Source: Cycas panzhihuaensis
Taxonomy: Eukaryota; Plantae; Cycadophyta
Direction: 5' to 3'
Length of the DNA stretch: 64,000 nt
Assembly: GCA_023213395.1 (NCBI GenBank)
Contig: CM041465.1
Span: forward strand, 159,781,741 to 159,845,740
The notes below the pieces were generated by a model. It was not told the origin of the DNA. It saw nothing but the letters and a program-made list of their open reading frames with translations, and did not search any database. The position numbers were made by a program, and so were the translations under genes. Below are positions 13,500-26,860 of the stretch, one piece after another (the stretch's first letter is position 1; every line of letters starts with the position of its first letter).

Positions 13500-14818
13500 T
13501 TATGAACCCTCCCTTACCCTTTATCCTAGGGGATCATCTCTTGCTTCTTAAAAATTCTCCTTTAAACATCCCTTCCTTTAGGGTTTTATGGTACTGTTGG
13601 TCAATTTGGCAGATAGTCTCCCTTTCTCAAGCCATTCTTTTAGAGGGTCTATCGACCCTCCTATCACTGGTCAGGTTAGGTCCTTTTCTTTTTCTTACCA
13701 CTTCCTCTTGCACCCATTTTCCCTTTACTATCCACATGCATTTAGCACTACTTGACCCTTCTTCCCCATTACTTGTCGGTAGAAACTCCTTAGGTTACAC
13801 CCTATCTTGATCATCGTTGCTGGCTTGGGCCCCATCTCCAATCTCTACTAGCCCCAGATTCACCTCCTGTTGAGTCTTGGGTAAATCCTTCTCCTTACCT
13901 TCCTTAGATAAGGTATCATCTTCTTCCTAGTTTATGGTCTTATCTCTCTCCTTTAGCCCCTTAACTTGAGGGGGATCTTCTAGGCTAGTCATTTAGGCCT
14001 TAGGTATGACCTGCTCTCCTTCTTATACTTTTGGGTCCACAGGCTCATTTCTCTATCCCTCCTTCTCTCCTGCTCCTGCTTTCTTTAGGTCCCCTGGGCA
14101 CTTCAATGGAAGGTGCCCTAAGCACTTGCATCTAGAGCATCTGAAGTTCTCTAGCTCATATACCAACTTATTGTCACTACTCCACCTTTCTGATTCAATC
14201 CTCACCTCTTCTAGGAGGCTTTTGTCAAGTTTTGCCAAGATACTGAATCTAGTATTTATTAACCAAGTTCTATTCTTTATTACTGAATTAATAGCTAATA
14301 GGGTGCCTATTATTCTTGCACACCTTTTATAACTTTTAAATTCCAAAATTAGAGTGGTAGTCTTGGCATCTAGACCTATAGCGATGCCTGCTTCATAGTT
14401 TGGACCGATGGGTTAAAATTTGGATTCCACTTTTCTAATATGATTGCCTTCCTGCCTAGCATCCAGGGTGACTTAAGTAATATGCTTACCATATCTTCCT
14501 AGTTGGCAAACCTAAATAGGACACACCCTTTTGGCATAGCTATGACCTCCATCAGGTTTTTAGTTCTCCACTTGGTCACCATCCATTTCCTAATAAAATC
14601 AAACCCTAATCTAGGCCCTAAGAACCTTTTTATGAAGTTGTTCTCCTAGTATTTCTCTATCTTCTTTGTTAAGCCTTTTGGTATCAGTATTTTAATAAGG
14701 TTGTCTTAGTCGACTGGGTTAATCTCATACATTTCTTCTTCTCCATTATTTAAAGCATCTCGATAGGATCTTCCCTAAGGGGAAGACTGAGTCTAGTGTG
14801 AGAGATGTATTTCCTCCA
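13500..14818 (-). pseudogene. LINE-A ORF1 remnant
   Basis: ORF 14053-14346 carries a CX2CX4HX4C knuckle. GRSYRDAL near the N-terminus parallels GRSYYDIL in LINE-B. Confidence 0.8.
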
Positions 14819-15559
14819 TTTAGTTTAATAAGATTGATTAATTACAAAAATAAAATAGAGATATAGTAGGCTTTACTCACCTGACACATTGATTCCCCTC
14901 TCATAGTTTTGAGGCTATCTCTATTGTTCTATGGTTCCCTCTAGGTCTACCCTTTTCTGTGGTTATATTTTAACTCCTAGATTTTTAAGCTTTTCCCCAC
15001 TGTTGGATGTCCCCCTTGAGTCTCCATACCATTGTTACACCTTTAAACCCTTAGATTTGGGTGTTCCCCATATAAGATCTACCTCCTATGGCTTTAAAAA
15101 TTGCTCCCTTTGTTATCTTTGGTTAATTCCCGTACTGGAACATTCAACTTCTTAACTCTAATATATCTAGGTGCCTTATACCCTTCATCTTTCTTACCCA
15201 AGTTGCACCTCACACCTTCGTCTATACCACCCTATTTATAGTCTTCATGGAAGCAAAGTTTTTGTCCCTCCTATTCTTGAGGGATGGCTCTCAATCCCAC
15301 ATCTTCCCAGGCCCTTTCCACTACTTCTTAGGCTCTTAAATAGTTATAGCCTTTTGACATTGCCTCGAACCCTAGTTGTTGCCCTTTGTCATTGTAATTA
15401 GAAATAATTTCCTAGTTAATATAATTATAAAATACATTACAATCTTATTAATCTAATCACATCTATTAGGTAAAATATTTCCTTATGCTTGTGTACTCTA
15501 TTTAGTGCTTCTACAATTCTAGTTAAGCTAACAAGCATAATCCTTTATTAGGGAATTTA

Positions 15560-15910
15560 TGATAATTTTAGCCATAACCAATGGAGAGGGGTCACTAATT
15601 TTAAACTCATCAAGTTTGGACAATGATAGTTTAGTATCTAAAAACTAAAGAAAGCATCATTAACTAAAAAAAATTGAATTTCAAAGGGAATTACTTAAGT
15701 ATTCTATTTTCTTTTTGGTTTATAATTAAAATCTATCATCTTATGAGAAACCACCATATCTTTCTTCTTTTTTTTACTATATAGACTCATGCTAATTTTG
15801 ATTGGGATTATATAACACTTATCAAGAGTTGTTATTGTATAAATTATCCATGAACTACTATTATCTATCTTAGGCATTTTGTTAAGTATTTTTGCATGCA
15901 CCCTTAATCA
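15560..15910 (-). pseudogene. Possible highly decayed Tat/Ogre-type gypsy aspartic protease fragment
   Basis: KMPKIDNSSSWIIYTITTLDK resembles R(I/V)L(I/V)DNGSS.(D/N)IL...TL.K, and downstream VTPLHWLWLK is loosely similar to AVPSTYHLKLK. Weak match. Confidence 0.3.
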
Positions 15911-16269
15911 CTGTGATTAATATATATTCCAATTATTCTTATTGCACCTATTGCATAATAAATTCTTGTAATATGCATAGAAAAAATAAATATAAATATA
16001 CCTCCCTCTCCTATCTATTTGATTATAATAGATACACCTCTTATATAAGGTAGAATTCTTCTTTAATTAATTAATTAATTTATTTGTTTAAATTTTTTTT
16101 TGATAAGGTAAAATTGAATTATGGGTGGGTTTGAAACATGATCCCACAACCTAGTACATCAATGAGCTAAAGGTTTCCAAGTCAAAGATGATTGTGACAT
16201 CCCCACGGTCTAGGCTAAAAGAATATATTACCAGGTCAAGCCCCTCGGCTAGCTACTCTAGACCATTTC

Positions 16270-19200
16270 CTTCTTTACCAGAACCATAAGATCCCCTGGA
16301 AAGTCACTCCTCCACATAGTGTCTTCCTTGTGTCTCACTCCCCAGTTTGCCAAAAAGTTGGCAGCTTTATTACCTTCTCTCAGTGTGTGTCTTATACAAA
16401 CTTTTACTAGTCCCTTAATACTCTCCTTAGCATCATTGATTATGGACTAGAATCTCTAGTCTGGGAGGACCACACCTTTCAGTGAGCTTATGACCACCTC
16501 TAAGTCTCCCTCAATTACTAGTTGCCAGATGCCTTCTTTGAGTGCTAAATCAAGAACTTTAAGCATTGCGTGCATTTCCATATAGTGGTTTGTTTGGTGC
16601 TCATAGAATTCCGCAAAGGCCCAAATAGGGGTGCCATTGTTATCTCTGCAAATTACCCCTCCCCCAGCTTCTCCAGGGTTCCCCTTTGAAGCACCATCAA
16701 AATTGATTTTTATCCAGGGCCCCACCGGTGGCATCCATCCACTACATCTAACCATTTTAGTCTCACATACTGGTTCTATGCCTATTTAAGCATAATCCTA
16801 TTCTCAGACAAGGTTGCATGCTTCTCCTTAGTGTTTTTGACATTCTCCCTAATGTCTAAATAGGTTTTATTGAAGGTGGAAAATTAGTCCAACTGATTTC
16901 CCTAGAAGATTCTTCAGTTTCTCTCTTTCCATACATTCCATGCTATTATTGGAAGTGCACTCTTCCAAATATAGCTTAATATTTTACTTCTGAATGGGCT
17001 TTGCCAGGCAAGCCATAGATCATCAATCTTTTCTAGGAAGATCCAACACCTCCAATTTTTCCAACAGCATCCTCCATACCTCCCTTATAAATGAACACCC
17101 AAGGAAAATATGATCCATGGAATCCTCTTCTTTGCAACATAGTATACACCTATTGGGCAGGTGGAACCCTCTCTTCTTGAGGTTATCTACGGTGAGTATT
17201 TTGTTCCTCAAATAGATCCACCAAAAAACTATTATTTTGGGAATAAGAGGGAGCTTCCAAACACCTTCTAATGTTGGATTCCTTTGATCACCTCTCATTA
17301 AACATAAATAGTGGTACCCTTGTTTGGTGGTGTAAACCCCAGACGAGCTTAAGGGCCACACAACCGAATCTGGTGAAGGCATCTTAGGAATATAGCTCTT
17401 TCTTAAAATCCTTTTGATCTTGTAGAGCCCCTCTTACATACTACGCTCATCTTGGATTTCCTCAAAATTTGTCCAGTTTCTGTTGCTCCCACTCCCTATC
17501 TAGTAGTCTTTTACGTGTAATCTATAATGCCTAACATGAGGGCCCTGGATAGGTGCCAGGTCAGTGTATTTCTTTAGGGCCTTATCATAGCACCGGGCAT
17601 CCTCCCAAAACCTAATGGAGCTGCCATCTCCCAATCTCCATTTCAGGCCTTCTCTGATAGCTTTCCAAGCTTTTAGAATACTCCTCCAGATGGTTGACCC
17701 AACCGGTGTGGCAGTGTTTTCTATGAGAGAGCCACCTTGAATATATTTCTATGATAGAATCTTCTCCCACAATCTCTTGCCTCCTTTAAATAATCGCTAG
17801 CCCATCTTGGCCCCAAGAGCAATATTGAAGGATGAAATCCTTCTAAGGTTGAGATCTCCATCCCATTTTGGAGTACACACTTTGTTCCAACTCACTAGAT
17901 ACATCCTATCTTTATTCTCTGCCCCTGACCAGAGAAATCTCTTCTAGATAGTTTCTAAAATACCTGAGATTCCAGTGATCCGAATATGGACATCGTAAGA
18001 CCGATGCTGGAGCGTAGAAGCCACTAGCTGGAGCTTCCCAGTGAGACTTAAGAGGGCACCCTTCTAGCCATCCAGCTTCCTCTGCATTCTGTCAATGAGG
18101 GGTTCCACATTTCCTTGGTCATCTTTCCTATGAAGAGAGGCAAACCAAGGTAGGTTGTGGGGAGCTTCTTAATACCCATCTCTAAAATCCTGTTGATCCT
18201 GCCTTGGGTACGACCCAGGGTATTTATGAAGTAGACATTACTCTTGTTCAGACTTATCTTCTAGTTCGTGGTCCTCTTAAAGTGCCTTAAAATCTCCTTA
18301 AATTTAGAGGCCTCTCTTATGGCAGCCTTCCCTAAGAAGATATTATCATCCATAAATTGGTGGTGGGTCACATTATCCATTCCTGAAGTCAGTTTTATGC
18401 CCTTAATAATTCCTTGCCTTCTAACTAACTCTAGAGTTCTACCTAATAATACAACCATCATAATGTAAAGAAAGGGAGAAAGGGGATCCCCTTGTCTTAG
18501 CCCCCTAAAGCCTGGAAAAAAACTAGAAGATGAACTATTGATAATAACTAAGAATTGTGGATTGCCTATACAAAGTTTAATCCATAACCGCCAAGGTTCC
18601 CCAAAGCCAAATGTCTCTAGACAATCGAGAAGGCATTCCCAGGATACCCTATCAAAGGCCTTAGTGAGATTAATCTTGATGAGTATCGTGGGCTCTTTCC
18701 TTTCCACGACTGAATGAATTATTTCATGAACTACTATGAAACCATCATAGATCTATCTGCCCTAGAGAAAACTATCCTAATTTTGGGAGATAATATTTGG
18801 CATAATTTTCTTTAGTCTATTGGCCAAGACCTTGGTGATAATCTTGTATTTAACATTACAAGACTAATGGGGTGAAACTCTTCCATTCTTTTCACCCTTT
18901 CTTTCTTAGGAATAAGAACAAGGAATTTGGTCTGCCATTCCTACAAAATCTTGCTGTTTACACAGAACTCCTACAGAGCTTCCATAAGGTCCTCCTTGAT
19001 AATGTCCCAAAACTCCTAAAAAAACCCCAGGGGGAATCCGTCAGGGCCCAGAGCTTTGTCTCTCTTCATGCCAAAGAGAGCCATCCTAACTTCTTCCTGA
19101 GTAAAAGGAGCTATCAACTAAGCATTTTGTGCTTCATTCACCAGTCTGGGGATGTTTCTTAGGAAGTCCTTCCTTCTACCTTTCTCACCATCCTGCGGTT

Positions 19201-20430
19201 CAGTATATAAGTCCTTGAAATATTCGCTTGCCAACTCTTTCATGTCCTCTATCGAGCCTAGTACTGAACCATCCTCCCTTTGAAGACTGTTGATTCTATT
19301 GCTTGCTCTATGTTTGGCTGTGGTCATATGGAAAAATGTAGAATTTCTGTAACCTTTGACCAACATAGTGTCTTGGATTTTTATCTCCAGTGGACTTCCT
19401 CTCTGATGAGAATCTCCTCTAGGTTCTTAGCCAATTCCTTCTCAGTCTTATTTAGCTCTCAGAATCTGCCCCCTCATTGTATCTTATCCTCTGTTTCTTT
19501 TAGGTCTCAGATAGTTTTGTCCTTTAGTTCATGAATGTTCTGAAAAACTTCCTTGTTCCATACCTTTACTTGTCTTTTAACCTAATCTAGTTTCTTCAAG
19601 AACCTGTACATCGCATGTCCATGAATTTAAGCTCCCCACCATTCCTCAATCTTCTTGTGGAAGTCTGGATGGCAAAGCCATATAAGTTTGAACCTAAAAG
19701 GGGATCTAATATGTTTACCCAGGTCCAAAAATTAAAATAAGAGAGGTGAATGGTCTGAACTAATCCTTGGCAGGGCCTCTAGGGAAAAGTCCTTAAAGCA
19801 CCAAAACCAATCATAATTGACCAACACCCTATCTAATTTGATTTGTATAAGGTCATCCCTCAAGCGTTTATTAGACCATGTAAATGAGGCACCCCTGAGC
19901 TCAACATCCACCAGGCCACCCTACTGAAGGAAGTCACTGAACTCGCTAATATTACTAGTCCAACTAGTAGTACTGTCTCTCTTATCCCCTGGACACAATA
20001 TTAAATTGGAATCTCCTACCACTAACCATGGTTTATGGCAATCCCTGTGGGCCACCAGTAGTTTATCCCAAAGCCTCTTCTTGGCCTCCTGAAGATTTGG
20101 GGCATAGATGTTAGTGGCTAGCCACCTATGGTTGTTGCTTTTATTTATTAACCATACTGATATAAAGGATTCCTTGGCTAGAAAAATTTCACCAGACCAT
20201 GTCATCAGATTCCACAGTACCATTAAGCCCCCAGTACCTTGAGTATATTTAACCTCTATGCCCTTGGCTCTCTTCCAAATTTTATTCCTGGTCCTTGGTC
20301 CATTCTCCTTACTTAACTTGGATTCCTGCAAAAACATCAAGTCTGGGTGGTGTCTATTCCTCATATCCCTAATAATTCTCTACTTCGAGGGGGCATTAAG
20401 TGCCCTGATATTCCACGATATAATTTTCAT
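16270..20430 (-). pseudogene. LINE-B ORF2 (APE-RT-zf-RVT-RNase H)
   Basis: ORF fragments 19921-20364, 19118-19366, 18261-18707, 17023-17382 and 16456-16755. Confidence 0.93.
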
Positions 20431-20454
20431 CTTTTTCTTCTTTGCTTCCAGACT

Positions 20455-21909
20455 TCAGCAGTATCTCCTTTGTGGATCCACATACATCACGGATCTGAGA
20501 TTAGGCCCTTCAAGGAAGACATCCTTTAAAGTTTTCTGATTTCCATGATCCACTTGGGTAGCTACTTCTTTTTCTCTTAATAGTTTCAAGGGTGGCCTCC
20601 CCACCCTCTTCTCGGTACCCACATCTAGCTGCTTCTTTTGGGACATAACCGATTGTGCTAAAGTATCTTAGGCTAACATCCCAATTTTCTCCAAAGTTCT
20701 TTAGCCCCTTCTAGCCGCACCTCATTCTCTGTTTCTTTTACTATCTTCTCTTTAGAATCTGAAAAGGGATCTTTTCCATATAGGGGGGCATGCCCAGCCC
20801 CACCTCAACATTCATACCACGTTTCCTCTGTGGCTTGGGCATGTGTGCTAGGGTAAATTGGGTCAAAGAAACTATCCTAACTAGGGTAAAGGCCCTTAAT
20901 CCATCTGCACCTTTCGGGCTCCCTGGGGCTATGAGATCCTGGGCAGCTTGCTCCCCTTCCTCTAGGAGTGTATCTTCCTCATTAGGGTCAAACCCAGGTT
21001 CTAAGGGGAACTAATCAGTTCTCAAGGGGGGCCATCATGGCCCTCCATGGGCACCACATCATCCACGTATCCTAGGATTTCTTGTGCCTGCCCTTCCTCC
21101 TTATCCTTCCTGGGGTCTTGGGATATCAGCTCTAAGGGGACCTCTTGTTTCTCATCCTTTGAGATTTGCACACCTGGGTATGTTTGGGGAAGGTGTCTAA
21201 GGTTTCTATAGGTGGAGCATCTAAAATGCTCCATCTCATAAAACAACGATTGTACCTAGCTTCCATCCAACGTATCCATCCATATATCATCTAGGAGGGG
21301 TTTATCAATCTGAACCAGAGCATAAAACCTCATGTTTATGAGTCTGCTTTTGTTCTTTATTATAGAATCTATTGCTAAGAGAGGGCCCACTACTTTTGCT
21401 ATTCCTCTTAACACTTCAGGGTTCCAGTGATGTAAGGGAAGTCCCAGTAATTGGATCCATATAGGAGCCTCTCTAATTTTGGGAACAGAGGGATCAAAGT
21501 CCTTATGCCATTTTTTGAGAGATAAGGCCTTTCTGCTAAGCATCCATGGGGCCCTTAACAGAATACTGGTTATGTCCTCATATGAAAGGAATTTAAATAT
21601 CACGTAGCCCTTTAGCATGACTATTACTTCCATGCTACCTACCATTTTCTATTTTGACCTCGTCTAGGCCCTGATGGTTTCCAAGCCTGGTCTAGGACCA
21701 GAGAATCTGTCGACAAGGTAATTCTCCTAATGTTTCTCAGTTTTCTCCATTAGAGCCTAAGGAATTTTAAGTCTGACCCCGTTATCCTATATCTTTAGTG
21801 TTAAGTCGAAGGTTTTCTCCTCATTTATTTTCAAAATGTCATAGTAGGATCTCCCCAGTGAGGGGTTTGGGTTCTAGTTCTGGTTTATAGTTATATGGTC
21901 CTTATCCAT
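20455..21909 (-). pseudogene. LINE-B ORF1 (DUF4283 / zinc-knuckle type)
   Basis: ORF 21256-21645 (APWML..KALSLKKWH..FDP...APIWIQLLGLPLHHW), plus 21022-21246 and 20455-20646. Confidence 0.88.
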
Positions 21910-24317
21910 ATTAAAAGAAATTATGAACTACAGAAAAAACCCCAAACAAGGGTAACAAGAACATACCATGGCCCTAGGCATGATAACCATCATAACCTCT
22001 GACTTCCTCTTAATTTTGTTAATATTTACCTAGTTTGGGAGGCTGCCAATCTTCTCTAGGTATTCTCTGGTTCTAAACAAAGAGTTTCTATTCCTATCAA
22101 CCCTATGCAGGAGGCTTAGGTCTATTCTTCCTCTTACAGTATCACATCCCGTGGGAGGTTCTCCTTCCAAAAATAGCACCAAATCTTTTCCTTCCAATGC
22201 CTAATCTGATGTCTCCTTGGCATGATCTCACTATACTACAGATTCTGCTTACATAGTACCCACCAGCTGCTTACATAATGGGCATGTACCATCTAGCCCA
22301 GCACAGTTTGTGTTTATGCCCTTTGCATTCCAACACACATACCAAAGGAGATCTGAGGATAACAACCATCCTGCATGGCTCTCAAAAACCCTGCATGCGA
22401 CCCATACTAGAGCAACAACCATGAGGAAGCATGGCTTTACAATTCTGGGGGCATACCGCCCCTTGTTCTTCATCCATCGCTCACCCAGGACTTATAGATG
22501 AAACCCTAGCTGCCTCTATGTCTCCTGTCCATCTCATGCTAAAACTTATTTATTTATTTAAATTAGCTTATTTATATCATTATTATTTAATAGGCTTCTT
22601 GGCACTTTAACGTAAATATAATTATTAAAAGTAACTACTATTTCTTTATGCTTTTGAAGGTGTGTCTCAGAGGGCTTTATATATAATGGAATTATAAGGC
22701 AAGAAGGCAAGACAAATGATAAATTAATAAGTAAATGAAATGTTCCATATATATGAGTGGTGTTGATGAACATTAGGGTCTTTAGATCCCACGTATAAAT
22801 AAGTGGGACTAAGAAGGTATAGTACATCTCTCAAGGTCTACCATCACCTAGTATTGATAAATACTAGAAAAGAGGCTACCACCAAGATATAGGATATCAC
22901 CCCAATGTGGGTATTTTCCTAACATTTCTCCCATATAATGCCCATTTGGGGAGACTCCAAGCTTATTTTTAAATTTAATGAATTTTATTTTATCAAGTAC
23001 CTTTATAAATATGCCTAATATCTAATCCTCTATCATATAATAGACCAAATCTAACTCACCTTGTTATACTAGCTCTCTAATGAATTAATATTATGTTTTA
23101 ATGTGCTTAGTCTTGCCTTGAAATACCAAATCCATAGTCATCTAAATTATACTTTGATTATCATAAAATAACTATGTGGGGCTAATATGTTCCTTTTATA
23201 AATACTAAAGTAATATTTAAAGCCAAATTGTCTCACAAGCTCCTACTATAATTGCCTTGTACTTTAATTTTGTAGTAGAGAGAGATACTATTATATATTT
23301 CTTTGAACTCCATGTTATTGGTGCTAAACCTAAACTAAATGCATAACCTGAACTAGACTTCTTATCAACTATAAAGCCTACCTAGTCTAAGTCTAAATAA
23401 CCAATTAACTTATAATTCCATGATGACTTGTAGTGTAGAACATACCCAATAGTGCCTCTTAGATATTTGACAATTCTTTTAACTACCTACCAATGTTTAA
23501 CCTTAGGCTCATACATAAACCTAGAAAGTATACTAACTACATACATAATATCTGGTTAAATTGAAGTTAAATAGATAAGACTCTTAATCAATTGCTTATA
23601 AAGTATAAGATCAACTAATTTAGGCTCCTCAAACTTAGATAGTTTCAACCCAACTTTTTCTAGTATTATGAGTGGCTTATAACTATTTATATTAAATTTA
23701 TATAATATATCTAATATGTATTTCCTCTATAATACAAATATCCCCTTTTCATCCTACCATACTTCAATACCTAAGAAATAATACATAAGTTCCAAATCTA
23801 TCATTTAAAACTCTTTTCATATATCTTCCTTAAAATTTTTGGACAAGTAATCATAATTCCTAGTATATACTAAGTCATCCATATATAGGCCTACAATTAA
23901 TATTAAGCTTTTATCTAACTTTATATATAGGTTAAGGTCTAATTGGCTCTTTAAGAATCTTCTATCCTTGAAATATGTATTAATAATAGAGTACTATGCT
24001 CTGGGTACCTATTTCAGTCTATATAAGGCCTTTTTAAGTTTATAGACTTCATCTTCTTTTTCTTTCATATCAAAACCTTTAGGTTGTTAGAAATATATTT
24101 TTTAATTAACATATCTATTTAAGAAGACACTCTTTGCATCCATTTAATGGGCTATCTAACCCTATTGTGTAGCTAAGACCATGATTAGTGTAACTATTTC
24201 CAACCTTACAATTGGTATAAATATTTCATTATAATATATGCCTTCAACTTAAGCATGGCACTTTGTAACTAATTGTGTCTTATATTTATTAATGGTACCA
24301 TATAACTTGTACTTGGT

Positions 24318-24436
24318 CTTGTAGATCTATTTTATCCCAATGATAATCTTCCTTGGTGGTAAATCAACTAACTACCGCTTGTAGACCCATTTCATGCTAA
24401 TGGTAATCTTCCTTGGTGGTAAATCAACTAACTACC
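24318..24436. repeat. 60-bp tandem duplication inside copia-3 RT
   Basis: cttgtaga...cttccttggtggtaaatcaactaactacc occurs at 24318-24376 and 24378-24436. Confidence 0.9.
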
Positions 24437-26860
24437 TAGTATCATTCTTTATTAAGGTATTATATTCTTTCTTCATTATTTCTTTCTATTCATCTTGGCT
24501 ATTTGTCTCTTTAAAATTTTAAAGCTTATTTGACTCCATGACTTGAGTCATTGGTGCAAAATTTATCCTTTGAGGTTGTTTTGTTCTCCTCTAAAAGTTT
24601 ATGTCTAAGATATTTTGAGGTTTATAGCCCCATTATACCCATTTTAGAATATTTTGCTTTGAAGTGGATGGACCTATTCCACTTATATTAGATACATTTA
24701 TACCACTTGAATAAGATTCCTCATAACCATAATGCTTTGACCTTGGTTAATAACTTTCTCTTAATAGAATTCATCTTTATTAAAGATGATATCCATACTC
24801 ATGATGATTCTTTTATCTTTAGGATCACATAATTTATAGGATCTTGATATATTATTATATCTTATAAATATGTACTTAGTGCTTTTATCCTTCAATTTTA
24901 TCCTTCTTTGTTTTAAAATATATGTATATGCTATGCACTTAAAAACTCTTAGGTGTTTGATGCTTAGTTTGCAACCTATCCAAGCTTCTTGAGGTGTGAC
25001 TCATCTCATTGTATTTGTTGCATATGTATTTAATAAATAAACAACTATATACAAAGCTTTTGCCCAATATTCATTAGCAAGATTCTTATCCCTAAGCATA
25101 CTCCTAGCCATCTAAAAGATGGTCCTATTTTTTCTTTTTGCTATCCTATTTTATTGAGGGATGTAAGGATTACTATGTTGCTTCCTTTTCCTATAGTACC
25201 TATAATAGTTTTTGAATTTATTTGAAATGAATTCTTCTTCATTATCTAATATAAGGGTTAATATTTTATGCCCACTTTGTCTTTTAATATCACATTGAAA
25301 TCAATAAAATATTAAAATACATTTTATTTAAATTTAAAAAAATAAACCCAAGCCATTCTTGTAAAGTCATCAATAAAAGTAATGAAGTACTTAGCCCCTC
25401 CTAGTAATAGTACATCTATTAATCTATATAGATTTGTATACACTAGTTGAATAGGCCCATTTGCCCTATAATTGTTATTAGGGAATCTTGCCTTTTGTTA
25501 TTTGCCTAGTATACAACCCTCACATACTTCTTTGCCATGTTAAATGTTAGGTAGTCCAACCACCATTTCTATCTTTTTCATTAAAGCTAAGCTATTATAG
25601 TTCACATAACTAAATCTTTTATGCAAAGTCTCACTATCTATATTAATTAATACATTTAAGGCATAGTAGTCATTTGGGGGTATGACTAAATTGAACAATT
25701 TATCACTAGTCCTTTGACCCTTAGCAACTATTATCTTATTTATTAACTCATCCTTAATAGTGCACTCACCATTACCAAAGATAACTTTATATTTTTACTC
25801 CATTATTTGTCCAACTGATAGTAAGTTTTTCTTGAGTGTAAGGATATGAAGTACATCATTGATACACATAGTCTCTCTAAAATCTATTTGGATGGATATA
25901 TTTCCTTTACCTATTATAACTTAAGTACTATTATCCTAAAATATTATTTTATATTTTTGAGTATTATCTAATTCTTTGAACTATTATTTCCTATGTGTCA
26001 TATAAGAAGAATAACCTACATTAATATACCAGCTATCTTCCTCTTCATTGGCCAAAGACTTGATAGAAAAAGTCTTCCATTCTCCCTTAGTTCTTCAATT
26101 ATTATATTTGCTACTCCTCTTTATATGTTAGACCCTTTTGTAAAGCAATTAATTTATAAATATCCATTTCTATAGTAATAAAAATATTGTTTTATTCCTC
26201 TATATCTAGGATTCCTTTCTCTTTATCCTTGGTTCCTTCCCTTTGGACTTTGTCCTCTACCTCTTCCTTGAGGTCTAAAATCTTATCCTTGACCTTAGTT
26301 AAATTGGCCTTAATAGAATTATCTTTTCCTTTGACTTTATCCTTGATGGAATTGATCTTGATCTTGATTAAATTGTCTTTAACTTTATCCTTGATAAACT
26401 TGACCTTATCCTTGATGAAATTACCTTTAGTTTATAAAGTTTTATCCCCTTCCTTTAGGATATTAACCTCTTTCCCTAAAACTTTGGCCTTTATAAGATG
26501 GCTTAATCTATGCCTTAGTGGTAAATATATATTTTAAGGACTCATTATCACCTTTCTTTCCTTCAATTTCTAATAACATAGAATTAACTTGATCAACCTT
26601 AAGTGTTGTAAGGTCTTTAGAGACCTTAATACTTATGATTACCATTTCAAATCTTTTGATGTGATTAACACATCTTAGAACTTTTATACCACCCTTTGTT
26701 AACTAATAAATTCTCTTAAATCCCTCATTTACTTAACTAAACCTTGTACCTTAGTTATGAAGTCATTAATTCTCTCATTGTTGCTCATCTTATGATTTTT
26801 AAATTTGGTCCTTAGTATTTAAAGTTTAGGAATAATAGATCCTTTGTAGGTGGTTTTCAA

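Larger units (their letters stand above)
9125..15412 (-). mobile_element. L1-clade LINE, near full length, decayed (LINE-A)
   Basis: ORF1 ~14818-13500 (DUF4283-like region, zinc knuckle RCSRCKCLGHLPLKC). ORF2 from 13493 (ATG>ATA; RIISWNIRGLN endonuclease start), RT HH*FVDDNI at ~11415-11445, zf-RVT-like region ~10150-10400, RNase H (VKINFDKASKGNLG) at ~9740-9780. Poly(A) remnant 9137-9142. Tentative TSD tggttaatata/tagttaatata. Confidence 0.9.
16093..22547 (-). mobile_element. L1-clade LINE, full length, less decayed (LINE-B)
   Basis: Poly(A) at 16093-16101. 15-bp TSD atttatttgtttaaa (16078-16092) / atttatttatttaaa (22548-22562). ORF1 ~21909-20455. ORF2 from 20430 (MKIISWNIRALNAP), RT (GLRQGDPLSPFLY, HHQFMDDNI), zf-RVT (KILTVDNLKKRG..PNRCILC...HIFLGC), RNase H (WIKINFDGASKGNPG). 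Confidence 0.96.

Noticed and set aside
26187-26537. Leu-rich 116-aa plus-strand ORF resembling an LRR or membrane protein
   Set aside because: Antisense shadow of the Q/G repeat in copia-3 gag.
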